A stretch of DNA of 64,000 bases. Source: Spongospora subterranea f. sp. subterranea (Eukaryota). Location: positions 62,001 through 126,000 of the forward strand of contig JAUGWO010000112.1 of NCBI GenBank assembly GCA_049724395.1. Reading direction: 5' to 3'. Every line of letters starts with the position of its first letter. Positions within the stretch are counted from its first letter, which is position 1. A model generated the notes under the pieces. The model had not been told where the DNA came from. It did not search any database and worked only from the letters and a program-made list of their open reading frames with translations. Below, one piece after another: positions 1 through 11,917 of the stretch. Both the position numbers and the translations under genes were made by a program.

Positions 1-523
1 ATACTGTAGACGGACTGCGATAGGATCCTGCCCTTGATCGACGGGAGATCGGTCAACGGGACGACCGTCAACGATAATCTATCAGCGGGGGATAGATATG
101 AGACAGACAGTAGTACAGACAGACATGGGTGGTCCAGTGCGAATTGCGCCATCGCTCTGGCGGCCAATGCGAGCGATATAGACGGGGCCAGATCAAGCAG
201 CATTGATAGGGTGATCGGGGTCGACTGGATCGATATATGATCGTCGATAATCAATATACATTGGTCCATCTGTGATGATGATCGACAGATCGTGTCGGGT
301 GTTCGAAAACGTTCGAACAGACGACGTTTACGCCCCCTACCCCCAATGCGCCCGTAGCGCCATGTGCCCGGTATTCACGTACTGTATATATACATGTATA
401 CCGTTCATGGTTTGACTGGCGGCGATAATATCGCCAGAGAACGCCAACGTGTTGAGCCGAAGGTGATCGGTGGGTGGTGTGGCGGTGTCGGTTGTGTGTG
501 TGGCGATCCCCTAACAATATAGC

Positions 524-725
524 GATATTCCCATTGTCTGTCGGTATTGTGTAATCCCCTCCCCCTCATGATGAAGACCTGCCAGACACGACCCCCCTCC
601 AATCCTGTTCGTCAGATATTCCCATTGTCTGTCGGTATTGTGTAATCCCCTCCCCCTCATGATGAAGACCTGCCAGACACGACCCCCCTCCAATCCTGTT
701 CGTCAGATATTCCCATTGTCTGTCG
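524..725. repeat. 91-bp tandem repeat, about 2.2 copies
   Basis: The unit gatattcccattgtctgtcgg...cctgttcgtca restarts at 524, 615 and 706. Confidence 0.95.
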
Positions 726-1015
726 TTAAGGCGTATGCCAGTTGGTCATAGGTCGTGTGCCGAATAATATCATCATCATCTGCCCGTCCCTTTATCTATC
801 GTCCTGAGATCGTCTAGAATAATCCCCCGATCACGTGGTATTTGTTGGTGTGGTTTGGTCCTGGATCCCCCTCCCCCCTCCTCCCTTCCAGTCCCTCCCC
901 CTCATTTACCCATCGTCGTCATTCCCCCGTTCTTCCCTTCCTCCCACACCCCTTCGCCAAGTGCCAGGGTGGATCGCTAAACCCAATATCGTCATCCCTT
1001 CGATCCACCACCAGT

Positions 1016-4000
1016 ATGGACGGTGCCATGAGCGTGGCGCTAGATGTGATAGAGCCAGGAGCGATGATCTGCACAACCCTGGATATTGACGGGATGACCT
1101 GTTCGGTCTGTTCAGGAACCGTTGAGCGTGCTCTAACGGCCGTTCCTGGCGTCTCTAATGCCTACGTCAATCTATCCACAAACACAGCTAAAGTATCAGC
1201 CGGCGCATAACCGCGCCATGGCGCCATTCGCTAAACCCCGTCGGTTCAGGTTTATTCCCATCAGTGTATGGACAACAGCACGCTGTGTAGCGCCGTTGAG
1301 GAGATCGGGTTCGGAGCGGCCATATCGTCAACCGGATCGAAACGATCATCGGGCCGTGTCCTGCTGACCATTCCCGATCAGAAAGCGGTTGATTTCCTGT
1401 TGTCGATGGACGGCGTCGAGGAAGTTGTCGCCCTTGATGGGCACCAAGTTCGTATCGATTATAGCCCAACGCTGTGTAAAGCGCGAACCATATTGGAGCA
1501 GGTCGGGGTCGACAAAACGACCGGCGGTGTTGGCAATTTGGTGATTGTGTGTTCCGGTGTAGCTCCAACAGCATGGGTACTCAGCCGAGATCACCAAACA
1601 GTTCAGCGATCACCATCACCGGAAGGCGCACATGGAGGCGCGCCAGGAGGCGGAATCAGGTCAGATTGCTGCTCGGACGACATCGAATCGGGGAAATTGA
1701 CACAAGTAATGCGATCAGATCGATGGTTGTCGCGGTTCTGGATCTCATTATCGTTGACGATCCCCGTATTCTTCATCTGTATGACCGATTCCCTATCCGA
1801 GATCAAGCTGGTTCACGATTGCTCGTACCGGACGATTCTCCTGGCGGTGTTCGTGACCCCCGTTCAGTTCTACGTCGGATCCGGGTTCTATATCGGTGGG
1901 ATGAACGCCATTCGGGCTGGGGCGGCCAATATGGACGTGCTCGTTGTGTTGGGCACCACCGCTGCATATTCATATTCCATGGCCTCCTTGATCTTCATGG
2001 TTTATTCTGAACCACTTGGCCAGGTTCATCCCCATCGTGTTTTTTGCCACTTTGTTGCACATGTCGATGACGCTTTATGTCGCTCTCAGGAACTGCCGAC
2101 GTTCTTCGAAACGTCCGCCTACCTGATCACGTTCGTTCTACTGGGGAAGTACCTGGAGCTGTTGGCCAAGGCCAAGAACGTCGACGGCGCTTTTAAAGCT
2201 GATGGGGTTGGCGCCCAAGGTGGCGCGCGTCATCACATTGAGCGATACAGGAAAGGTGATGACCTCTGAGGAAGTGGACGCGAATCTCGTGGAGATTGGC
2301 GAATTAGTGTTGGTATTGCGAGGGGTAATAATAATCGACGTCGGATGGTTTTCGTTTGTCGCTGATTGTCATCCACGATTCAGGAAAAATTTCCAGCGGA
2401 CGGGATAGTGAAACACGGTCTGAGCACTGTAAATGAATCACTTGTAACAGGCGAGTCGCAATCGATCGTGAAAGTGTCTGGGGATTATATCATTGGGGCA
2501 ACCGTCAACTTGGACGATCAGCTGATTGTGGAAACGACCGCAACTGGATCAGATACGGTAATGGCCCTTGACATTCTCTAGGCCACAGCGTTGTCATTTT
2601 TTGATTGTCCTTTTTTTGTTTCCGTTTTTTTTTCTGTTCGTTGATTAGTGAGTGAGTGAGGTCAGGTTCTGTCGTCAATTATATCGTTGGTTGAGGAAGC
2701 GCAGACGTCGAAAGCCCCAATTCAGGCCCAGGCCGATAAGCTGGCGTCTGTGTTTGTGCCGTCGGTCTTGTTCGTGTCGTTGGTCACATTTATCGTCTGG
2801 TACTCGCTATTGAAACTGAACATCGTTCCTCAATCTGCTAAGATCCCTCATGGTATTCCCGACGGTTTCCCGCTCTAATTGTCTAACTATGATTTGCAAA
2901 AGGCGTTGATGATTTCCTATTTGCGTTCATGTTCGCCGTATCGGTGATCGTCATCAGCTGTCCTTGCGCGCTGGGTCTGGCGACGCCAACGGCGGTGATG
3001 GTGGCGACCGGCGTCGCCGCCAGATTGGGAATCCTGATCAAAGGAGGTCGAGCGTTGGAGACGGCAGGAAAAGCATCGATCGTTCTGTTCGATAAAACCG
3101 GGACATTGACCATTGGTGCTCCTCAAGTAATATTCCATAGCATGTTGTTCATCGAGATGATTCATTTCGGAACACAGGTGATCGGGGCCCATATTGTTGA
3201 GGATATCGATGAGGATTCGTTCTGGACCTTGGTCGGCAGTTCCGAGATGCAAAGCGAGCACTTGATAGGTAGAGATGGGGCGATTAATGATGTATTTGGG
3301 GTTCACGATGCTGACTAACGATATAATAATCAGGACGATGCCTGTATTCGTTCGCGTTGAGTAAGTGTAAAAGCGATTTGGCCGGAGTGGAACAGTTTGA
3401 TATGCCCGAGGCGTTTGAGGCCAAAACGGGAGCTGGTATATCTGCCGAAATCAATGGAATGCAGGTGAAGAAATTGGTGGTGTCGTCAGAAAATGTGATT
3501 GCCGACGAGCTTTATTGGCGTTTAGGTTCTGATCGGGAATAATTCATGGCTGACCGATCATGGGAGTATTGTCGATCAATGGGCCCACGATCATGTCGAG
3601 TCGGCGTCGGCATTCGGACACACTTCCGTATTGGTTGCATTCGATCGGCGCCTTGTCGCTGTGATTGTCGTGGCCGATGCCTGCAAACCGGAAGCCGAAT
3701 CGGTGGTGTCGTATTTAGAGAGCAGAGGTTAGCGGTGGAGTGATCCATGATTTGGGATTGGGTGGACGCCTAAGGACGCGTGATCTGATAGGATTGGAGG
3801 TGTGGATAGTGACAGGCGATAACGATGAGACCGCCAGGACCATTGCCGATATGGTCGGGATAAGTCGCCGCCGTGTTGCGTCTGAGGTTCGCCCTGCTGG
3901 TAAACAGGAACTCGTGGCCCGCTTGCAGGTAATCTGTTTGGATTCGTGTGGCGTTGTCCGTTTTGGCCTAGGGGCTGATAGCTGTGTCGTGTGATTGGTC

Positions 4001-4564
4001 TAGAGCGAAGGGCATGTCGTGGTGTTCGTCGGGGATGGCATCAATGACAGTCCAGCATTGGCCCGGAGCGATGTCGGTGTGGCGCTAGGGGCTGGCGCAG
4101 ACATAGCGGTTGCATCAGCCGATATCGTCTTGCTCAGCAACAAGCTGACCGAGGTGGCAACGGCATTAGACCTGTCTCAGGTATTTTCCCCCAGTGTATT
4201 CGTTGGCAATCGCCATCTCATACCACCACCCCCCACCTTTCAGGTTGCTCTTCGGCGTATACGGTGGAATCTGATTTGGGCTCTGATCTATAATATCGTG
4301 GCGATTCCGGCAGCGGCTGGCCTGTTTTACCCTCTGATTCACGAGGCTCTCCCCCCTGCCCTAGCTGGATTAGCCATGGCGGCGTCCTCATTATCTGTGG
4401 TCATATCGTCGCTATTCCTGGAGAGATATAAACCACCAAGCATGGAGAATATCTCCAAGGATCGGTATAGGCGGGCGGATTCGTCAGAGCACGAGAGAGA
4501 GTTGCTTGTTCCCGCTGTCAACAATTTTCTGATACCGAGGAGAAAATCTGAAAATATCATATAA
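1016..4564 (+). CDS. ATP7: Copper-transporting P1B-type ATPase (ATP7/RAN1/Ccc2-like), multi-exon, with one apparent frameshift near 2177
   Basis: Motifs in order across GT-AG-separated exons: [81 protein letters not shown] and MAASS. Confidence 0.95.
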
Positions 4565-4683
4565 CTTTAGATAATTAAATACCTATTTAACCGATGATTA
4601 AGCACTTAATTTTTTTGCTAATAAAGTAGATCTGAAAAAGTGATTACAGACACGCATTTGTATTGTTAATACAATGAACAGGT

Positions 4684-6504
4684 TTATGCAGCAACTTCTT
4701 TGGGAAAGTCACCACCTTTAACCCACTTGGGAGCAATTGGGTGCATAGTGTCAAAATCATTGGCACCGTGATCGTGAGCAATAGCAGAGAGATTTGAGTA
4801 CATGTCGTACATAGCACCCCAGTAAGTGGTGACATTATAATGAAGATCAAGCTCAGGAACTTCATCTGCCAACTCTTGGATCGCCTTTTGCACTTTAGGA
4901 TCGCTTTCCCTGTAATGGGGCATCAGAGGCCACAGATGGTGCGCAACCTAATCCAAGATTTTAAACACGGACTAAACAAACTTGGGACGGGAATATAGTC
5001 ACTTGATAATTAAGATAACCCATCAAATAGTCAACAATGTTATCCATAATAGGGCCTAAGACAGGTCCAATCGCCTTGCTGTGGGAATGGATATCAAGGG
5101 TTCGGCGAAGGGAGCGTTCAATCTGAAAATCAAATTACTATGGGTGTCGATGAGACGAATACGAGAATTGAACAACCCAGTGCTCTCGATGGTGGTACTG
5201 TAGCAAAGGCAGTGGTGTGTGAGAAAGAGCAAAGTTTGTGAAGAGTAGAGTGGCCTCGAAAGAGGACGAGGCAAGATGCAACAGGACTGATTGAGCAAAG
5301 CCAATACGTGGGACAAAGAATCCGAAATATGCAATCCAATGAAATGCAAGAGCAAACGCATCAAAAAAAGCCTCGTGCCTAAAAATATTCGTTCAGATAC
5401 AATGTCCGATCCAATGAGAGATGTCCTACTGGATAATATTAAGTGGATGGAGCCAAAATTGCCAAAAATGTACCAAACCCCAAACCATGAGCTGGTAGGT
5501 CCATGCTTGGAAGCGAAGTAAGAGACGATTACCGTTTTTCGCCGTGATGCTATCAGTAGCCTAGAGCAGAGTTCAGAAAACTTATATACTACAAGACTGT
5601 AGTCCTCACTAATGGAAGGACATCCATGTCAACATCGGCACCATGACGTTGCGGGTCGGCATGATGGCGATTGTGCGACCGCCGCCACCTGAAAAGATAG
5701 AAAATACAATCAGATTATATATTAAGTGATATTTCATGCGAACCATTGGGCGCTCCCAGCAAGACCGAACCCGAACCAAAACGTGCCGACGGCTATGTTG
5801 AGCCGGTGATTAGTCGAGATGCTGCCATGGTTGGCTTCATGCTGGAACCACCCCGCTCGCTGCATGAACAATCCCAGGATGATGGCGCCATGTATCCAGC
5901 CAAGGTAGCTTCCTGGGCTAACTACACACCTGGGAGAGCGCGTCAGCAATAAGTATTGTAGGATAATTGATACGCACCATGATCCCCAGAATAGCAAGGC
6001 AAATAGCTCGAAATTTCTCCATAAGAAGTGAGAAACGGTATAGTCGAATAGCCCGTCGTCACGAAGCTGGCGAGTTACGCGATGGAATTTTTCAGTAAGC
6101 TGCTTATCATAGGGTCTTGCTTTCTTCATAACTTCGATTTCCTCCTATACTTGTAGTTAAAAAACGCTGATTCCGCAACTTGAGAAGACCAGTACCTGGT
6201 TGAGCTTACGCGACTTGCCTTCTTTACGAAGCTTGGCCAATGCCAGCAAAGGCTCCTTCGAATGACCATGCATGCTCTCAAAAGCGATCGTGGCGTCAGC
6301 CGGAAACTTGATATCACTTGGGTTTACCTAAACCATGGCGTCATTGCCAGCCACGCAGATCCATTGCTCGATGAGGTCTACCTGGTTCATGATGATCGAC
6401 CCTCCTGGATGCTTGAAGTCGGTGATGTCATAGACGGTCCCGTGGATGACCAGTTCAGCCCCGTCCTCCTGTTTCGGGCGCAGGTACGATGCCCGTTGTC
6501 CCAT
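4684..6504 (-). CDS. Front-end fatty-acid desaturase (delta-5/delta-6 type) with N-terminal cytochrome b5, multi-exon
   Basis: Cytochrome b5 motif YDITDFKHPGGSII; His boxes QHEANH and HNRHH; spliced GYLNYQ|VAHHLWP. The C-terminal exon ends at 4684. The start at 6504 (MGQR) is inferred. Confidence 0.9.
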
Positions 6505-7183
6505 GCCGGCGGAATCAAACCAGCGCCGCTCCACGTCCCAAAACCTGAGCGATATAAGAGTGAGATGAGGACTACCCCCTACAGACTCAGGTCCTACTCC
6601 TAGCCCGCAGTACCTAATGACATTGCCCCAGTCCCTCTAGGATACGGCACCGTAGTAACGCAGGTCGCCGACTCATGAACTCCGCCGCATGGCTCTCTCT
6701 CCACTTGGCCGCTACTGTTACCGAACCATACCGAGAAATTGCGCCAACCGGAACCCCCGCTTGACGGCAGGACAGATAAGGTTGAATAACTTTGTTAATC
6801 ACAAAAAGTACCTTCAAACAACTGTAGCAGATTCCAGAAAACACATTTCCCGCAGTGGAAACTCAGAAGTCGACAGTTCACGGATTCGCAATCCCTCTTC
6901 GTTGATTTTGTCAAGTCGGGTGCATGAAGCGATGTGGGTTTGATTGATTTCTAGTAATGGGGTGGAGGTTCAGGAAAAAATGGTATAACAGCCAAGCCAA
7001 CGACAAAACGTCGCCCGCCGAGTTCGCCGAGAATTGTTTTCGGAGCTGCTAACGAAGAGCTCTTTCGGTGCCAACTTAGAGTGAACCTTGTTATTGTCTG
7101 TTATCGGGGATTAGAGTCACTGGACGGAAAGAAATTAACGCTCAAATCTAAAATAAATATCTCTGTTGAATCCACTGTGTATT

Positions 7184-10100
7184 GCTTGTGAGCATCCGCG
7201 ATATTGCCACAGAGATTCATTAATACGGCTGCTTCATCGGGCTTCGACGGTCATCCGCGATATAGCAGTTCCTGGATTGGTCTAGGACCATATAGAGTCA
7301 TGTTTATATAGCCGGAATTGCTCATTAATTTATTTCATTACTTCGAAAAGACAGTTAATTCTAATGAGGTCGAGTTCAGACTCGGACAGCTCATCCGGAA
7401 CAATGGTCTGATCTGCCTGAGCAGCAGCCATTGTGTAAATGCATAATCCACAATTGACAGAATTTTGAAGCGGACCATCGGGCATTGCAATTTCCCAATC
7501 ACGGTCAGGAAACATGTCAAAAAGCCATGGCTGTATACACAACATATTAACCTCAATGTGATCTCTCTTGAAACTTGCCGATCTAAGAGGATCATAGAGG
7601 AAAATGATCTCTTCATCCAGATAGATGGATATCAACATCCAGTGATCATTAAACTATATTGCCAAGTCAGTACACTGTTTGTTGAAATGACGCAAAAACA
7701 CAAACAAAGATAGGACATAGAATCAGTTTGATCGAAATGTCGACCGCATCAGGAAACGGGATAGGGTGATTGTCTCGGCAGACATCACACGATAGAGCTA
7801 ACACCTTAGGGTGGTATGTTTGGAAATATGAGAACACCGCATCGATAGAAAAGTTATGGAGACGTTGGCCCTTCCCGAACCTGAACATCAAGTCGCCCGA
7901 ATTGAGGCCACGCCACAATTTCGTGGTATTGAGCGGCGACAATAATTGGCCGAGAACTTCAATTACCATGTTTCGGATTGAAGGACTCATCAACCTTCTT
8001 GTTTCGTAGCTGCCGGTTTCATGATCAGGAGAGGAGCCAAGTAATGAATTCGTGGGCAGCAGGGCCCATTTGCAGCGCAGTGTGTAGAGCAGTCATGGCA
8101 TCTATTACATCACTAACAGCAGGTTCAGGATTGAACGACAAAATACATTATTGACTAAGCAACCGTGCTGCCTACAATGAAAAAATGCAAGAAACGTCTG
8201 AGGAAAACTGAGCACACTGCGAACAATCCTCCATTGATTGAATAAGATTTCAAGACTAAACTCTGAGCCAAGTCCACAACAGACCGATGAGGCAAGAACG
8301 AAGCATCCTGACAAAGCAACGAGATTAGCACTCCATAACATTACACCAACATCCCTTGCCTGTTCAATAAGCTGATGCTGATTATTCCACACTAAACGGC
8401 AACTTGCTCTAGCATCGTCGCTGGGTTTGATCATTGTATCAACCCGCGACTGAAAATATAACAAGGAACAGTTTTTGAAACTGTCTGCAAGAGCGCGGAC
8501 GCTAATGGTGGAGACGACTATTCAAGTGTTCGCTGTCAGGGAGATGCTATGGAATAATCGAAAACATACCAGCACACGGTGATGGTGACCTTTGCTCTGT
8601 CACCGGAATAATGGCATCATCAATTTCTGATGACGATGGTCTGCTGGAATCAACAAGTTCGACATCCAGAAGTACGGACGTTAGAAAATTTACATGGAAT
8701 AATTCGAAACAATACCGGCAGACAGTGAACCCGATGATACCGCCTGAAATGATTGATTAAAGAAAGGACACCTTCCTCCTGAACGATGCCTTTTGTAGAT
8801 AAAACCCCATTCCTGGCGCATTGCGAACAGTGCTTGACGTCCACGCGCTGCTTTTTGCGCCGCCGAACTGCTGCAGGAGCGCGGTTGGTTGTATCAATGT
8901 GCTGCCGGCCTGGTACAACGTGCTCTCTCGGCGGCGCCAGTAAATATGATTCTGAAAATGAGACGCCACGTCAAAAATAAGATTGTAAGGTGTATTCATT
9001 GAACGACCCTCTGAAGTTGACGTTGGGTCGCCATCGCTGTTGATCAAGATATTGATTGCGAGAATTTATCGTTTGAACAAAAGTTCATTTTTTGTAGAGT
9101 AAGAAAATAGTTCTTTGCATTTAAGTAGCAAAGTTGTGTATGGTGAGGTTGACTTTGATGGGTATTGAATCTGACCATATGCTTTTAACATCAAATCTCT
9201 GGCAGATTCTTGTTCAGAAGCGCAAACAAGCCTGCCATCTGGAGCTGCATCTAACCCACCAAAAAGTTGCTTGGCGGCCAAAGCCATGAGCGGATATTGG
9301 CGAATTCGCCAGCGATCCGGCAGATGCTTCACCTGGACAGTGCATTGTGTCAAAGTAATTGGATACCAATGCAATTGAGATGGTTTACCTGAAAGAAGTC
9401 TATGTTGATGTGCGATACGACTGCAGCAATATGGCGGCAAGGAATACGGGTGGATAGGAACGTATGACGCGTTCCCGATGGTGGATCTACACCATTCTAG
9501 AACACCGAACAGCGAACAACCCTGTACTCTTGACATTGGAGGATCGGAGGAACAGCATGTTGAACACTAAAAAAAAACGGGACACTCTCTTCAGAACCGT
9601 CGGGATCTATTGTCAAAAGTTGCCCGACAGAGCTGTTCCTGCATTCGCTTTTGAACGTATGGGCTCCACTCGCGGCCATCATTTAGCAGCTTTGATATTA
9701 GCTTTAACGTGTCCTCTTGTCGCTCAACAATTGACTCAATGTGCTGTGTCAATTGGTACAAATTAAACGACCGTAGTTCCTTTTTCTTGTCCTACTTGAT
9801 AAGGGAATTGTTTCCCTCCCCTCTTTGCGTAGACCTGGCGCCGGCTGTAAAGATTTCTCCCGTACAAAAACGACAAATTTTCTTGCAATCGTCTTTCAGT
9901 CTCTGAATAAAGCACAACGGTTTCGCAGCAATGCCGAACTTTAAGCGCATGTTGTCAATATGCCCGTTAAAAAACTGCACGCTTTCGAAATCGTCGTATA
10001 CCGATTTCAACACATCACGCACGAAATCATTTGACATTCTTCGGAAAGTCCAGACTTATTCGCGAACAATAGTTCTTGGAAATGCTGGGAACAGAGGACG

Positions 10101-11700
10101 TGTTTAATCCGAAAGACTTCAGCAGTTCTCGGGTAGCATGCTCCGCCATCCGTCATTAAAGTGCTATCTTCAATTCCCAAATGCAACTGTTCCAACGCCC
10201 AGATCAAATGATCTGATTGTTCAGACCAGAACAGTGAGAATCTGCACATAACAGACTGACCCAGCGCGTCTATCAGAGTGTTGATCATATCAACCATGCT
10301 GTTGAGTACCGTCATTGATGTCGAAATCTCTATATATCGTGATGTATGGAACCATTGAAGGCTACATAATAATACCGATCAGTATCATGTATAAAGATAC
10401 GAACACACAAACTTAGTTTCGCTATGACAGCATCTGTAAGCCGCAAATCGGTACCAAATTTGACTTCAAAAACGCCGCCTTGGACTTTGTATGCTGATCC
10501 CAGCTCCATGAACTTGGACATGGCGTCTTTGTCCTTGCCAAAAGACTCTTCAAAGCGTTTTTCTAAAAGACGGCATGATAACGGAGTATCGATTTCACGT
10601 CCGACGATCTGGGCGTTGAACATGCTCCTCGCCTTCGTAGCGCCTAACCGATGCTGGCCAAGACTTAGTACAAATTCTAACTCCTTGGCAGTCAGAAAGG
10701 ACTGTTGATCCAAGAAAGTTCTAGAAGATGGCCCAAGTTGCTGATGCTTCAGAGGGTGATTATGGGTTAAGACCTGAAGCGGACCTCTAATGTGATCAAG
10801 GAAGCAGTAACTCACTGTCAACTCTTGATCGATTAAAAAAACGCTTCGTCTAAACGTTGAAAGAGAACTGCACACGGAACCTTTCATCAATGCTCTTTCA
10901 TAAGTTCAAAAGTTAGAATTGAAAAGCAATGGACGTGGATACGTAAAATATCACCTTAGAGCAGGGCTTGTCGCATTGGCCGCAATGAGGCAACCTCTTC
11001 TGATGAGTTTGGCGAATGTGATGTCGGTACTCGGTACCATGAATGTTCAAAAACTGGGCAGGAGTGTGGTTCCGCGTGTCTTGGCACAATGGGAACACAA
11101 ATTCTTCGAATAGTGTTCCACAATGGCTGATAATTGATGGAACAACGAGAACGGCATTCGCAAAAGTCGCCAAGTACAGTGATAAATTGCGAGTCGTCAT
11201 TAGTATCGTCGTTGTGTCGTCTGCTGAGGAGAAGCTCTCGCAGTTCGAGGCGAAGCTGGCTAAAGCGGAGGCGCGTCTCAAAGCTGCCGAGGATGCCAAA
11301 GACCAAAAACTGATACTCATGTATGGGTCCATGGTCTCACAGCTTCTGGCTCTCCTGCCACGTCCTGGTAAAATCATCCATCATTTTTCATACTTTGTAT
11401 TTGTTTTGATATATTTTGTGCCAACTTGCTCATATTGATAATGTTGGTTCTGATCTGATATGATTCGTAGTGTTTATATTGATTATTTTGACACAAAGTT
11501 GAGGATTTTTCACACGTGTGGTATTTATTCTAGGCGTATGGCCCATTGGCCATTCTATCTTTCCACCCCGACTGAACAAGCTTCATACGTCATTGCGTCT
11601 GCAGCCTCAGCCGCGTATTTCTGCAGATAAACGTGGCGCAAGTCCGTTTATCTGCAGAAATACGCGGCTGCCACTACCGATGAAGCTCGCCCGCAATGAT
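7184..11700 (-). mobile_element. Decayed Mutator-like (MULE) DNA transposon with SWIM and Ulp1-like (C48) protease domains
   Basis: HNHPL; MULE domain LMTDGG...HVLCSQH; STQRGEGNN; SWIM-like IPCRHIAAV (~9420-9450); Ulp1-like HWMLISI..IFLYDPL..LQNSVNCG (7330-7650). An 8-bp direct repeat tgtgtatt flanks it at 7176-7183 and 11701-11708. Many stops and frameshifts. Confidence 0.85.
11608..11670. repeat. Perfect 26-bp inverted repeat with an 11-nt loop
   Basis: cagccgcgtatttctgcagataaacg / cgtttatctgcagaaatacgcggctg. Confidence 0.95.
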
Positions 11701-11917
11701 TGTGTATTAGGACAGCACAAGAGGTGATGAGACCGGGATTGCGGGTCTCAGGGTCAGGAGAGAAACACACCGCCCTTAACGATTACAGCTCAGCATGTAG
11801 CCAGCTGCAGCGCGTCGGTCATCAGTTTCAACACTCCCGCCCGCGCGTACAGCTGGTACCGCCGCACATGAGCCTGTCGCGAAACTCTCGGAACTTGTCG
11901 ACGGGTAGGGCTTTGGT

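Noticed and set aside
4684..4923. hAT transposase fragment (NVTTYWGAMYDM resembles TRWNSTYDM)
   Set aside because: It splices in frame as the last exon of the desaturase after GYLNYQ.
7184..11700. Helitron (subterminal hairpin) or Zisupton (8-bp TSD, Ulp1)
   Set aside because: No Rep/helicase motifs or CTRR end were seen, and the catalytic-region motifs look MULE-type.
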